A stretch of 63,662 nucleotides of DNA, the filler included, from Klebsormidium nitens (lineage: Eukaryota; Plantae; Klebsormidiophyceae), in the NCBI GenBank assembly GCA_000708835.1. It is 6 parts of 6 records of this genome, joined end to end, with 100 filler letters (N's around TTAATTAATTAA, not from the genome) between each part and the next. Parts side by side here need not be neighbours in the genome. Positions count along the whole stretch, not along the records: positions 12,638 to 42,148 come from DF237783.1; 5 more parts are not named here. The stretch is one strand, 5' to 3'. Position numbers and translations under genes: made by a program. A model generated the notes under the pieces. It did no database searches and had not been told where the DNA came from. It saw only the letters and a program-made list of their open reading frames with translations. Of the stretch, positions 22,431 through 36,100 are shown in pieces (within the stretch, counting starts at the first letter, position 1; each line of letters begins with the position of its first letter).

Positions 22431-25400
22431 TCAGCAAGGGGAGTCGACCAAAAGACCCAAAGTTGCACCACCACCGTTGCTCTCAGGCTCGTCGCACGGG
22501 GTACCGCTACCTAGTCGAAACTTGATCGGGCCCTCACCCACGGAACTGCCCCGGCTGTCTCTCCGACTGCTCGTCTCGGCGCGCCCCTTGTCCGCGGACT
22601 GCCGCTGCTCTCCCTTCCCTTTCCCCGCCTTCCGGAACTGCCCGGGGGACCGGCTGCCCCCCGGGCCGACGCCAAACCACACGTTAGAAGAACCGCCGCT
22701 TTTGCGATTCCCCTTAGAAGCCGGGCCATCGTTCGCGGCGTCCCCCTTGTCGGGAGCAAATGGCAGGCTTTCGTGCTCAATCTTGACCGACAATCCGCTC
22801 GGGCCTCGCCGATCTTTGAACCGCTTGCGGAGTTCCTTTAGCCCCGATGACGTCAGCAGCCAGCACCCGCGTAGGTCGAGCCGCTGTAGCGCGTCCATCT
22901 TCGCTAGGGGGGCCACGCCAGCGTCGGTAAGGACCCCCCCGCTGATGGCCAGGCTGCGGACACGTGGCATGCTGGAGATTGGTTCCAGGGCGCTGTCGCT
23001 GATGGAGTCGCCTCGGAGAGCGAGACTCCGCAGACCTTGCGCATGCTTGGCGATTTCGGTCCCACAGTCGTCGGATGGCACTCCAGAGATGCTCAGGGAC
23101 ACCAGGCTAGGCAGCACCGCGAGGGCGCCAATTGCAGCCATGGGGAGGTCTGCAGAAGAGGGAAAGAATCATGGAAACGGAAGGAACTCTCCAAGGAGAA
23201 AACAGCTTCCGGGTGTGACTAAGTTTGGTCCGGAAGAAGAGTAATGAAGAGATGTTGCAGCAGAGCTATACAAGGACACATTGTTGAATTCGTACTGAAA
23301 AACCTGGTTGATGATAGACAACGAGAAACTGGATGTTCAAGTGAGCCACGCCGAGCGCTTCCTGAATAGCACAAGATGCTTTCAACGGGCAACAAGGGCG
23401 CTGAGATCATTGCGCTGAATGACAAATACCACCCGCTCACAGAATGGACCCCACAGCCCAGGTTTTCAGGGACCATTCGTGCACTGCTCTTCGTGCATCT
23501 TCTGAAACAAAAACAAAAAATAAGGTCGTCCATTCTTCCATTTTACGAGATACTATGCCTTCCTGCAGGCAACCAAGCAATCAGTCCTGCTCCGCCATAA
23601 GTGCGTCAGCCTACCGTGCTCTGGGGCCGCCCGCAGATCCAGACTCGTCAGCCGCGGCAGCACAGCTGGCAGCCGCGCCCAGTCGCGGTCGCCCGCATCC
23701 CACCCAGTGACCGCCAGCTCTTCGAGGTTCGCCATTTTCCCGCTTAGTAAGAGGTCCCCCCTCAAGCTCAGCTCCTCTTCGTCCAGGCTCTTCCCGCCCA
23801 CCAGCTTCAACCGCCGCAGGGGGAGCACGGCGCCCCCGCTTTGCGCGGCAGCCACCAGCCCCCACAGCCCCCCCCCCCCGTCCTCCGCTATCGTGTTACT
23901 CAGGTCGAGGCTGGTTAGCGAGGCTGCATACCGGCCGCAGAAGAAGAAGTCGGGGCGGGCCCGGCCGCCAGCCAGGTCCAGCCGCGCGAGGTGCGGGAGC
24001 GCGGGCCACTCCGCGGCAGCATTCACGGTAGCGCCAAAAAGTGTCAGCTCTTTCAGAGGGGAAGGGACGGCTGAAGAGCGCTCGAAAAGTGTCTCGACAG
24101 TGCACTGGCTCATGTCGAGTGACGTCAGCGCAGGGAGGGTGGGCAGCCGAGTGACGTCAGTCCAGGCCAGGCTGAGGCTCTCCAGGCAGGGGAAGAGTGT
24201 GGGAAGCAGTGCGGCTGCTGAATCGGTGAGAGCGGAGCCCCACGCGTGGAGGAGCCGCAAGTGGGACAGGGGCTGCAAAGAGTGAAAAGACCAATCTGCT
24301 GCTGTCCTCTCAAAGAGAGGAAATGCATGGAAAGCGAGGAAGACTGGTGCTTTCAACCTAATTGTACCTACGAGTTTATGTCCAGAGCCACATGCGACTT
24401 ACACCAACTATTAGAAAAGGAGTTGTGAACACGTACTTCATGTTGCTATGACGAGTCTACGGAATCTTTCACATTGCCGCCGATATGTTATCCGAGTAGA
24501 AAACTGGGAGCCGCTCTTTACCTGGAGCCGCTGCAGCGTTGTCCCATCAATGGCGATCCCACCCACCCGCAGCTCCGTCAGAGCCGTTCGCACCCCCAGC
24601 TGATTCACGCCTGCCGGTGAGACCGCTGTTTCCGAGATGTCCAGGGACCGCAGGCTGGTCATGGGCAGGATGTGGCGCAAGCCCACGAAGGTGACGCGCG
24701 AACACCGCGCCAGGCTCAGAGTCTCCAGGGAGGAGAGGCCTGGGGAGGGACGTGGCCAATAAAGGTGCGATGGGGCTTGGTTCTAATTAACCAAGACAGG
24801 TTGGGAAGCGAAGCTTTTCAAGCTTTTCAAGGCACTGGAGAACTCTGTAGGCTCGGCCCACCACGTTGTTTAGCGGAAAGGGGGTATGGTTATACAAAGC
24901 AAAGGACTAGCAACAAAAGGCTGGATACTTACAAGAGATCAGTCAGCTGCTCTAACAATCAGGCGCGCAATCTTTCTACTCAAACCATATATCCAATCAA
25001 GTGGCGTCCTGATCTTGCGTAGGGGCTTCATTCTGCATAAGAACAATCAGTTTCCGTCAAGTGTCATCAAGCGTCTTGGAGTGAAGAAACGCTCGATGAA
25101 GAGCGACCAAACAAGCCCTGGCCTAGGCGCGCAGGCCTCCACAAGAGATCGGGCCTCACCCAGAAGGTGCCACAGGCTGGCGTCGGTCACGTTCTTGCAG
25201 GCGGCCAGGTTGAGGCTGCGCAGGTGCGTGTAGGCGCCCACGTAGGCCAGCCATGTGGCGTCCACCGCAGACACGCCGCTGAGGTCCACCTCCTCCAGGC
25301 ACGCCTGGAACAGCCTGGCAGCAGAAAGGGGACTTTAGAAAAGTTGACGGGGCAAGCTGGCCTCTCAGTAAACCTTAACTGCGCAAATTTTTGAAAGATG

Positions 25401-26035
25401 GAAGCTTGTTGCCAAGAATAGCCATGCGGTTGAAAGATCATGGCGCCCCCTCTGAATGTGTCGAGGGAAAGTGCCCAGCTTGAGCAGCAGAGGACAGTAA
25501 CTTGGCACCTAGTGACCAGAAGCTGGGTCGAATCCCCGCCGCCCCATGCATATTGCTGTCCCCAACCCCGGCCCTGATCAGTACAAACATGCTTTTGGAA
25601 GTCTCTGTACCGAGTACAACTTGCATCACCACATGGTGCTCAGACAAAGTCCGTGACCAAGCTACTCGTCCAATGGAAGGTGTATAACAGAGCCAGGTTC
25701 ATGCAATCAGCAGGCACCACCCAACAGCAGCAGCCTCAGAATCGTGTTGTTTGCTGAGCACATATGGAACAGCAAGTGACATACTCTAGCAAGGGCGGTG
25801 ACAGCTGGCGGCTGCTGAGCAGTCGGTGGAAGAGCCTCTCCACAAAGGGGCTAGGCAGCCGTTCCAGGCTCCTGCGCTGGTACTTCCACAAGCCACCACT
25901 GAGAATTGCCTCGATGCACAAGTCAATCAGACTGGGCACGCTCGTCCCATTGCTCACTCCAGCATGCATGCCCTCCTGCATTGAGGCCATTGTGAAGGCA
26001 GGCTCCTCGCCCTTGCTGGTGCCAGCAGTCTCCAC
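22431..26035 (-). CDS. Leucine-rich repeat (RNI-like) protein resembling Arabidopsis At4g23840; approximate exons 26035-25785, 25314-25160, 24739-24522, 24272-23615, 23149-22431
   Basis: Spliced product WKYQRRSLERLPSPFVERLFHRLL...LFQACLEEVDLSG...WLAYVGAYTHLRSLNLAAC...LSLARCSRVT; canonical splice sites in phase. Confidence 0.85.
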
Positions 26036-26915
26036 GGGCGGCTCAGCAAGCTAGGCTGCAGCCTTGCTGCAGGCTTGCGCTCTTCGAAGATCAGAGCTCT
26101 GCGCAAGATCGCCCGTGATCGGACTGGTCAGCTCTCCACAGCGCGGTCCTGTTCAGGCTTCCAGCGCGGTGACCCCCAGATACGCAACCGAGCGACGGCT
26201 GGTGACGCTTGTAATCGACGGTTTTCACCACCTTTGTACCTTGAGTGCAACATTCAGATGCTTCCATATTTGGCGTTAATTGCCAATGGATAGTCAGGCT
26301 GTGAACGGAACCGGCAGTGACAGTCAGAGAACGTGAACTGCTCCGATAGAGGCGAGCAGCCTAGGACAATCCTCAGTCCCAGCATGTGACCTTGAATTCG
26401 AAGGCAGGGATCTAGTTCAGCCGAGCATGGACGGTGCAGAAAGCAGCCCTGGATAAGCTTCCAGCCTCTGGCGATGTCTACACAGTCATAAAAGGGTGGC
26501 AAACTCCCCATCCAAAGAAGCTGTGGCGCGCTGTAGACTCATTGGAAAAGACAACTTGCAGGAGACTTGGAGTGGGTCACGCTGTGGAGCATAAGTTCTC
26601 ATGCCGATTGTCGCAGTTGATTTCAGCGGCCATCTGATATTCTGGAATGTAGCTTTTCTGCACAGAAACTTGGTTGCTGGGTTCGCCTTCTCAACTTGCC
26701 TCAGAAGTGGGAGGTCCAAACAATTGCGTTGATTGCGTTCACAAGGCGCCAGATCTCGCTTTGAGAGTGCATACACGAGGGCAGCTGGTCACAAGCACTT
26801 TCTCCACGCATTTGTGATCGCAGCTGCGATCATCTGGCTGGGGTCGTAAGCTGTGAGGGTGTTCAAGCTGCAACCCTGTGGTCAGGAATCTTCCCCCGTG
26901 CTGCGGGCTGGCCTG

Positions 26916-29900
26916 ATGGCCCACCCGATCAGGCTGGGCTTGCTCCCCTGCTTGCTCTTCCCACTGCTGCTGGCGACCCCAGCAGTGGGCGCCATCCAGC
27001 CCAAGGTGCCAGCTGTCTTTGCGTTTGGCGATGAGCTCCTAGACACCGGCAACTGCCTGGCGCTGCCGGGTGTACCCAGGCTGGCGGATAGCAAGCCGTA
27101 TGGGCTGGCCACGTTTGGGAGGCCCACCGGCCGCTACTCGGATGGCAAGCTGGTGGTCGACCATCTAGGTGGGTGCGAAGTAAAGGTCGGAATTTGGCAG
27201 ACTCCCAGTACTGAATTTGACAGAAGGCGTCAATCGAATGTGTGCTGACGATAGTGGCAAGGTGCAGCAGTTGGAGATTGCGGACATCAAAGCAGCGATG
27301 GGTATGTACGTACTCGTGTCCGTTCACCTCCTCGACAGGATGTTGGACATGAGAATTTCGCACCAAACGACCGGATCCACTTTACACATACGATTGATTG
27401 GTCCCTTGTGCTGTCCTAAATAGTTTACCACATTGTTTTGCACAAGGCAACCGCCTGCGTCCTCGTGCTTGCAGCGGACCTGCTGGGCATCCCGTACCTT
27501 ATACCGTACGCTGTCACCGCCCTTATAAATGTGACGGATGCCCACCGCACCAGTCGGGCAGCCAACGAGGTGCTGCCAGCTGTTCCTCTGACTGAGTCTG
27601 CCGCTCAGCTTGCTCACGGCATCAGCTATGCGGCGTGCGGGGCGGGGGCGCTCCAATCCACGGCCGGGTGGTCAAGCCTGGAGGAACAGGTGGCGGCGTT
27701 TGAGTGGGCAGTCAAGAACGGCACGTGGGCGCCCATGACAGTGACCAATGCTCTGGTAGTGGTGGGTCGCTTGTTGAGCAGCTTTATCTTTATCTTTATC
27801 TTTATTGTTACCTCCATCTTTATCTGAGGGAAAAGAAAATAGAAACCCGAATCATGGAAGTGTTGGATAAGAACAGGACTTCGATCAAGCAGGTTGCATC
27901 TGGCCTTTTCATTGGTTCTGTGGATTGATACTTGCTGCATCGAAGTTGATGAGGGGAATTCAGTCGCAGTGAATTCGTCTTTCTCCGGAAGGTTTACTAA
28001 TTGCTTGCATGTTTTAGGGCAGAAGAAGCCAAGTGGCGCATCCCTTTGACCACTGGGGTCCACCGCGGTCGATTCTGTGGGCCTTCCCAAGTAGCCACTC
28101 TGTGTCCCACGGCAGAGCGGTGGCTCCAATCTAGATATTATGAAGGCAGTGGACATGAGATATGTCAGAGACTCTCGTTTTTGAACCCTTTTCGCCAAGT
28201 AGAACAGGGGCAGTGTCAGGTCAGCCACGGCTCCAGCGTCGAAGTAGGACCAACATCGACAGTAGGGGAGAAGTGTGATTGTCTAGGAACGTTGGAGAAG
28301 TTCCGGTCATCCCTGCTTCACTCCTTGGTAAATTCGATGCCCGGAGGCTCGGGCTTTCAAGCTCCCAAGGGCGTGTCTGTCGAGTGACCACGCCTTTGGT
28401 CAAGCGTACTGGGATGTGTGTCGGCCTGCTCTCGGTGCCTGAAGCGTCACTACATTTGGTGCACCTGTCTCAAACCTGTGCACCTAGCGGCAGTTTCAAT
28501 GGGGCCCTCGTCCTGCAGATGAGCGTGGGCAGCCACGATTACGTGCATGCGGCCAGCAAGAAGGGCGCGGTCAGCCAGTTTCTGGAGACGCAGGTAACAT
28601 GTGCTCATACCCTGACACTTACCTTACTCTTGATTCAAATGTCTTTGGCATGCGGACATTCAATCGTCACTATCTCGAATAACCAGTACCGTTGAATGTG
28701 CCTCTGTTTCTCTGCTGGCAGGGAAAGCATGAGGGCCCAACTTTACAGTTGCACCCTGCTGAACCCTCTTTACGCCCCTGACCTCAAATTGCGCTTGCCC
28801 TCTGACCTTCGGTTCAGGTGGTGAGCGTGATGAGCGAGGCGGTGTCGTCTCTGTACTCGCTGGGCCTGCGCCGCTTCTTGCTACTGGGCGTCCCCGCTAT
28901 TGGCTGCACGCCCAAGTACCGCGGCCGCATCGACACCCAGGGCGGCAGGTGCGACGAGAAACTAGACTCAGCGGCGCTCGGGGTGAGGCTCAGCGAGAGT
29001 CGAGCAGCGGCTGGCGGTACAGATGCCTGCAACCGCAGCCGTTGACAGCTTGAATCAGCTTTGATAGACGCTCGTTACTTTGGTGGTAATCTGCACGCTT
29101 CAAACCCAATCGGATTCATACCTCCTCTTTCCGGCCTTCTCTCATCAGCTTAAAAGGGGCATGCCTCTACACAACTTCCATCTGCTCATATTTCCTTGGA
29201 CACGGTTGTGCCTGGGGCAGTCCCGCATAGCGCAGTGGTAGGGCGCAGTTCCTATCGCCGCTGGTTGCGAGTTTGATTCTCGCAATCGCAATTGCTTTCT
29301 TCTTGGGGCACCCGCAGAGCGCCGCACATTTATTCACATCCTATTTTATCGACGTGAGGTTTTGGCAGACTAAATCCTTAGGTAGGGACTCAAGTATGTG
29401 AATTGCTGTACACCCCGGAGATTTAGGCGCTTGGCAGCTTACGACTTGCATGTTCACAACGACCTGACATTCCCCATAGCTTGCACTTGAACCTGGTGAA
29501 AGTTTTGGAGTGCCGTACGCGATGTAGTCAGCTTCCAATCGACCACCACGGCCGAGTCAGTGATAGACTGCAGTTCTATACTTTGATCTTCCTCCAAGTT
29601 TCCGCGATCGACGGTTTTCCGTTAAGAGAAAGTCACCGGCTACTCTTGGTAAGATCCGGCGTTCCCCGGAACGGAATGCCGCTTTTGATATGCCGCTTGC
29701 ACCCCTATGAACAGCTTCATAGCCGCTCGTCGTTCTGCGACTTAGTCTCTAGTTCTTTTCTGCAGCACAATGTGATGCTCAAGACGGCGGCGCACGGGCT
29801 GCGGGAGCGGATGAAGGGGGCGGTCGTGGTTGTGGTGGATACTTTCGAGTTCGTGTTCTCGGCCATCGCAGCCGCCGAGAAAGCGGGTGAGCGCAACTGA

Positions 29901-31666
29901 ACTAGACTTGGAGTCAGTTTCCGTTTCCGGAGTCGCTTTAATTAAGATCCCCAAGGCTATTATGGACTTAACAGGCGTCGAAGAGAGTATTCAACATGGT
30001 GGAGCAGCGCGCTAATGACCCAGGGGCTAGACTCTGCTCTCGTGCGCTTCTCAACTGCGCGTCAACGACTGAATTTTTATGCAAGCTAAGATGAGAGTTT
30101 TGCCTCCGAGCGGTAAATGCTATTTAAAGCTGGGATTCCAGGTTGTTCAGACCGCCTGGTGCGAGCCCGGATTTCCCTGCTGCTTTGAAAGCGACTCTGG
30201 CTTGTTGGGGTTGCTTCGGTTTCCGTCAAGCGGGAGTGCCCCTTCTCTTGGACGCACTCCATAAGTCTTCTGTCCATGCGTTTTCAAATCATGGAGACGG
30301 CAGTGCGTCCAGCAACCGGACCAGGCGACTAGCGCTAACCTTAACCAAGTCTCCCTGACGGAGGGTGACGGCTGGCGACCTTGATAGACATAGCTTCATT
30401 TGATCATGTGCACAGCCGCGTACGCCCACTTTCTCGATTCTCGTCAAACTACTACTTCGTCAATAGAAGTTCACCGACAATCTGGAAATCTCTCAGCTCG
30501 AAGCGTATACGAAATGGCTATTCTCGTCGAACTTATTCGAGCGGTTGGTCAAAAGCCGGCGCCTATCGTCAGTGCCAGCTGTGCTGACGCCCGGCCGGCC
30601 CCGTGTCCAGGCTGGGATGACGTCAAGGTGCCGTGCTGCTCGGGGGAGTGCAGCAAGGACAAGGCGTTCACAGTGTGCGATCGACCAGCAAAGTATCTCT
30701 GGTGAGACATCAAAAGGCTCGCTGCAATAGAAATGTGCGGACGCCTTATCCGCAGTGCTTTCATAGACCGTGGAGAGTGCTTACGCATTTGAGAGGAGAT
30801 AGAAGATTGAATACTGTTAGCTAGAAACCGACTCTTCGTCACACCGTGGCCTTAAGCAATTTTTTGGCAGCCGCTCAAACACAGCCGTAGGCAGCATCTG
30901 GGATTGTATTGTTCCGGCCCTCCGAGGATCTCCCTTCCCTCAAGATCAGACCCCGGCATGTCTGGCGCGTGCAATTCTGCTGATGTCGTGGCGGCGGTGC
31001 GGTGCCGCAGGTGGGACGATTTGCACCTGAGCGACGCGGCCAACCGGCAGCTGGCGCAGCGCATCTTCGACGGCCACGGCGGCTACACCACCCCGGGCAG
31101 CCTCGCCGACGCGCTCGGCTTCGCCAAGCTGGGGCCCGTCGACGAGCAAGGTCAGCCGCCGCGCAACCTGCCTGCCAATGGCATCACCCTGCTGCGTTTC
31201 CGACGGCTCGAGGTCTGTGCCAGTTTTAGGCCATTGCGCAGGATTAAGTTGCTCCCCTTCAGGAGCTTCAATTGGAGTGTGCTTTTGTCAGTTTTGATAG
31301 GACGTGTTCTATGCCAACGCTGCGTCGGCTTGCTGGCTCCTCTATACCGCTCGTATGCTCGGCCGCGTCAGTTCAGTTCAGCGTTCATTCCGATCAGATT
31401 CTCAGCAGACGGTCGACGGAAAGCACAAGTTTTGATTCTATTTCTTCAGTTTGCAAGTCTACGTGTCTGTTCGCGAAGGTTCTTGTCATGAGCACCAAGA
31501 ACGGTGTCTTCTATCCCTTTTTTTGGCAGGGCGAGAGAAAGAGATCTGGGAGTCCCCCGAGTGGGCCGCCCTGGCGTGGGTGGCCTTCTGCTTCGTGTAC
31601 GTGGCGTGCCTGGTGTACGCGCAGCTGCCCCGGCCAGCCCCCCCGGGCAGGTACAGCCGGCCCTGA
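26916..31666 (+). CDS. GDSL esterase/lipase-like protein, multi-exon, with signal peptide and C-terminal TM helix; catalytic Ser replaced by Glu
   Basis: Blocks AVFAFGDELLDTGN, PYG..FGRPTGRYSDGKLVVDHL, GISYAACGAG, SVGSHDY, LYSLGLRRFLLLGVPAIGCTP, WDDLHLSDAANRQLA; inner exon borders approximate. Confidence 0.88.
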
Positions 31667-33129
31667 ATCTCACGCCCATAGAGCGGGCCCCGCGTTCCTC
31701 GCACGCAGTCATGAGCTGATAGATCAAAGGTATCGAGCCGCCTACTATTCTTTCAAAGAGTACTTGTACAGCGCAGTGTTTGCTAAAAGCGGCAAGGAAA
31801 GGCCTTTTTGACAATAATAATAATAGCAAATCTTGAGAGCAGGCAGAGTAGCTATTCTTTTGGAGCTGAGATTGGGTGTAAGGTCAGGGCGCTGAGCGCG
31901 GGTAAGTCTGGTGCAATGGCAGTTGATTCTGGTCACCACACCCAAAAGTGAAGCTCATAAGAGCGCCAGCTAAGGCGATGCAAGACGTCCTATATGGATG
32001 TTTAGCTTTGTCACGTCTTCCGTGTCAAGAAGACTCTGTCTTTTGCCTAGAACGAGGTACGTGAAGTGCATGATCATTGAGCGACATTCGTTATGATTGC
32101 GAGCACTCCAAACAGCTAGCTGTCAGTGCCACCATCTTGGTGCATGAGCTGGCGGGCCCCGTCTACGTAGTCAGTACGTCACAGTGCGTGCAGCTCTGCG
32201 GCAGGCTTCAGCTGCCACATGTCCGAGTTACAGAATCATATAGGAAAGCAATGATGACGATTGTGTAATTGAGATGGCCACTTGACGGCCGGACGCTGCG
32301 CTGATTGGTGCATGCCTCCGTCAAAATTAGAAACGGTTCTGAATGACTATTGCTCAAGCTGCAGTATACCATGCATGTAATCCTGATTAATTAACTGTTG
32401 CTCGTGCATCGATGCCCCGCGTTGCATCAACTGGTGCGCGGGCAATGTGCACTGCTTGAGCTCTCGACCAGGCAATTCACGGTGCATGGGCTCATGGAGT
32501 CGATATCAATTCCCTTAGGTATATATAGCACTCAAAATGGACAACCAGCTGTCTCAATATCTGGACGGTTATAAGTTGTGCAAAGCGGGCCGCCATTCGA
32601 CTGTGATATCAGCGCAAAAGCTTACCACACTTTCCAGGTCACAATTGGCCCCTCCGCAAACAACTTGACAACTTCTGGGACAAGGAAGCGCGGGTAGTCT
32701 CGGTATTGGAGAACATACGAAACCGATCTGATCCATGCTGCGGAGAAGCGCCGCACTGTGATGTGTAGTTTCCCACTTGCATATTGCAGGGTTGAATTTT
32801 TGAGATTTTTGCCAGTAGTGCGGCCGAACATTGTAAGAAGGTAAGGCCACCAGGACGGGAGCATGGCATGCTACCGTACTTTCTGGTCAGTAATGGTGCT
32901 CAAGGCACGTCCGTTGGACGCAGGTGAATGGTCTTGTATCCCAACCGGCCAACCATACAACCGGATGCACAAGGGTGCACTCATGAGCCTTGGCCAGCGG
33001 TCCCCTTTTCAAATCAACGCTGAAAAGGTAGACGTTTGACGTCCCAGCACTTTGTGGAGAAAATCGAGGCTTTGTTCTATGTCGCTCTGATTGGGCCTGC
33101 ATCGAAACGCGCGCCAAGAAGCGAAAGCG

Positions 33130-36100
33130 TCATTGCCTTGCCGCCAGCTTCTGGTCTTTCTTCCTTTGGGCTGCCACGTGGCACACCCGGGCCGCTTCAA
33201 TGCAGTCCGCAATGCTCGCGTTCGTCTTGATGGCCCCAGCAGACACCTGGGATCGAGACACGACAAAGCCAGCCTGCAGCACACCAAGGAGCGGCACGTC
33301 AGCATCAGCCACGGCCCATCGACTCATCGAGTATCAAAAAGCCAGGACAAGTGTGGTCAGTCAAACGATGCCCCAGGCCGTGTCTAAAGCATACCAACGT
33401 GCCGGCTTCGCTTCATTCCTTCTGGTAGAGGAGTTTGCGTGCATAAGACCACCAGCCCGAAACGCATCCAAGATAGGGCACCAACGCACAAGGCGCGTAT
33501 ATGCCTTGCTAAGTGCAGCGAAGAAGAAGAAGGAGGGCTCGGGGGAGGCACCTTGCGTAGTTCGGCGCAGAGCTCCAGCTTGTTAACGGGAGACGCTTTG
33601 CCCAGCTTGTAAATCTGGAAAGATAGAAGGAGAAGCTGGAAGAGGGCGTAGCTCGAAGTGTTAAATCCTTGACACCCATTCCGAAGCTTGACACGCAGAA
33701 CCAAGTGCAAAGTAAAGCATGGAGGGTAGTTGTCGGGGGATGCATCGAACAGGGTGCAAACCTCATCCAAGGCACGCAGGATGCTTGTGCAGAGAAAAGC
33801 CCACCTCTCAAGTTTCGAAGCAAACAGTATGGTCGCTGCGTTAGACAGCAAAGACGTAACGACCATTTTAACAGCTGCCGGCGTCAGCCCGAAGGAATTC
33901 TGTCATCAGGACCGTAGGATAAAGTGAACTGGGCCGAAACAGCGAAGTAAGCCCACGCGGCTCACGTCGTCGAGCTTGTAGAAGAAGGGCGGCAGGCCCG
34001 GCTGCGTCTCCTCCTGCATGAGCTGTAGCAGGTCGGGCAGGTCGCGGAAGGGGTACACCGAGTTGCCCTTCGGCCGATGCCGCTCCCCCGCGGGCCGCCG
34101 CCCGTACCCCTCTGCTAAACCCTCCGCCCACGAGTGGCGGCCGCTCTCCGCGACCATTGCGTCGACGAAGGCCGCGCAGTGGAGGGGACCCGTCCACATG
34201 GGGCCCACCACCGCCATCGGCCGCGGCTGAGGCAACAGCGGAAAGGAAGAAGAGGGTCAGAAGAAGCCGGGCTTTGGACTGTATTCCACTGTCAACCGTT
34301 CTACGAACCCCGTATCAAAAGCAACACTTTTCTTAGGAAACTAGGACAGAATCATTCAAACACTTTTGTCGGAGAATGCAGTGGAACCGTGGTGGTTCCC
34401 TCGTGAACCGCCCTGGCCCAGCACTAGCAATGAGACGTTGCGCTCGGACGAGGCCGGTACCAAACGTTGCACCTCTCTAGAAAGGGTTTACACTTCCGTC
34501 TAAGGTTCCGCTACTGAAGACAGGGCATGAAGGACGGCCTTCATTGTAGAACGAAACCCCTTGTCGCCGACAAACTCGGCGAGATCTGCACCTGGAGACT
34601 GTGAATCCAGGATTTCGAGTCAGACCCTTGCGTTCTAAAGTTTCCGCTTGCAGAAGAACAGCCCTTAAGAAGCAGTGCGCGGCACTCACTGGATGCTCGG
34701 GCCCTGCGCAGGCGCAGGTGATGTTCCCGAGCTGCTTCCAGGCGGCCTTTCGGGTCTGCCCGCACACGAAGCAGTGCCCCAGGAAGGCGAAGTCGTCGTG
34801 GCCCCAGTCGCCCTTGTTCAGCTTGTCCACCCGCAGCATCGCGCGGAACACCGGCCCGTGCGGGGCGAAGTGCGAAAACAGGGGCCGCACCAATAGGTCG
34901 CGTAGCGCACCCTCGCGCACCTACCGCCACGGAATCGACTGTTTGAGGCTCTCCGATTCAAGAGTGTGAAGTGCTACTTCTCTCCCTCTGTGGTACTCGT
35001 GGTGTTGCGATGACCCAGGGAGCTTCCTCAGTGCAACGAATACGAACAGACGAGGCAGCGGGGCAGCGATCGATCGATACGTGGCCAAGAGCAGTATCAT
35101 CACGGGGCTGCTTCAGAGGTAGAAGACGCTACAGAGGCCCGGCAATTGAGGTAAGAGGGCACCCCCACGGGCGCCCAATTATTATGGATTGAAGCAATGT
35201 CGGAACACTTCTACACCGAGATCTTGATGGACAAATGACTTGCTTGAGAAGCGAAGCCCAATTGTCTTCGAATCTCAGACCACGAGGTGCAAGAGGGCGG
35301 AGCACGTCGACTGGCCGTGATACCTTTTGTTCCAGCAGCCGCCACAGCCCCGCACGCGTACTCACCATGGTCCCCACCAGGATGCGCAGCCCCATCTCGT
35401 TCCCAAACGGCACGGGCCGCGCATACGACCCGTACGCTGCCAGCGTGGCAGCCGGCCGATGGCCCCCAGCCAGAGCGAAGCCGTCGGTAGAGGTGACGTA
35501 GACCATCCCCCCGTAACGCACGGCCCGCAGAGCGTCCCCCAAGAACGCCGAGTCGCTTCCGAAAGAGTCGATGTCCACTATGTCGTAGAAGTCGCCGTTC
35601 TGGTTACAGCTGCCCAACAGCTTGCTCGCCTCCAGGTGGGACACGCGCCACCGCGGTTTCCGCCCACTTTCTGTCCCCTCGGGCGATGTTTTTGTGCAGC
35701 TTTTCGAAACGTCTCCACTGAGACGTGCATGTCCCTTTCCGATGTGCCCATCTTCTATACTAGTGGGGCCTCCCAAAACGTGCTCCCTATGCAAGGTCCC
35801 GTCATCCGCAACTTCAGAACCAACTGGGTACCCCCGTAGTTTCCCAAACCGTCCTTCTCGATCCTTTGAATCGAGAGCTCCGTCCTTCCCAAGCCCGCCC
35901 ATGCTACGCGCGGCCCCCGCAACCATTTCTGGTCCTTCCGGGTCTTCCCGCACGCCGTCAGTGGTGGTCGCCCTCAGATGGCTGCGCTGCCTTTCCGCCA
36001 GCTCGGCCTCTGCTCTTCCTCCCTCCTCTGAGGCCCTTGCGTAGGTGGTGGCAGCCTGCCTGATCTGCCAGGCGTCAACCGGGCCCTGGAACCCCCAAGG

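Noticed and set aside
25480-25546. tRNA/SINE-like stretch with a B-box-like GGTCGAATCC
   Set aside because: Could not build a convincing cloverleaf or A-box; lies in an intron
27782-27806. (TTTATC)n giving a FIFIFI peptide
   Set aside because: Ordinary intronic microsatellite
31868-31970. GGGCGCT...AGCGCC possible structured RNA
   Set aside because: Only a short terminal stem; no diagnostic snoRNA or tRNA boxes
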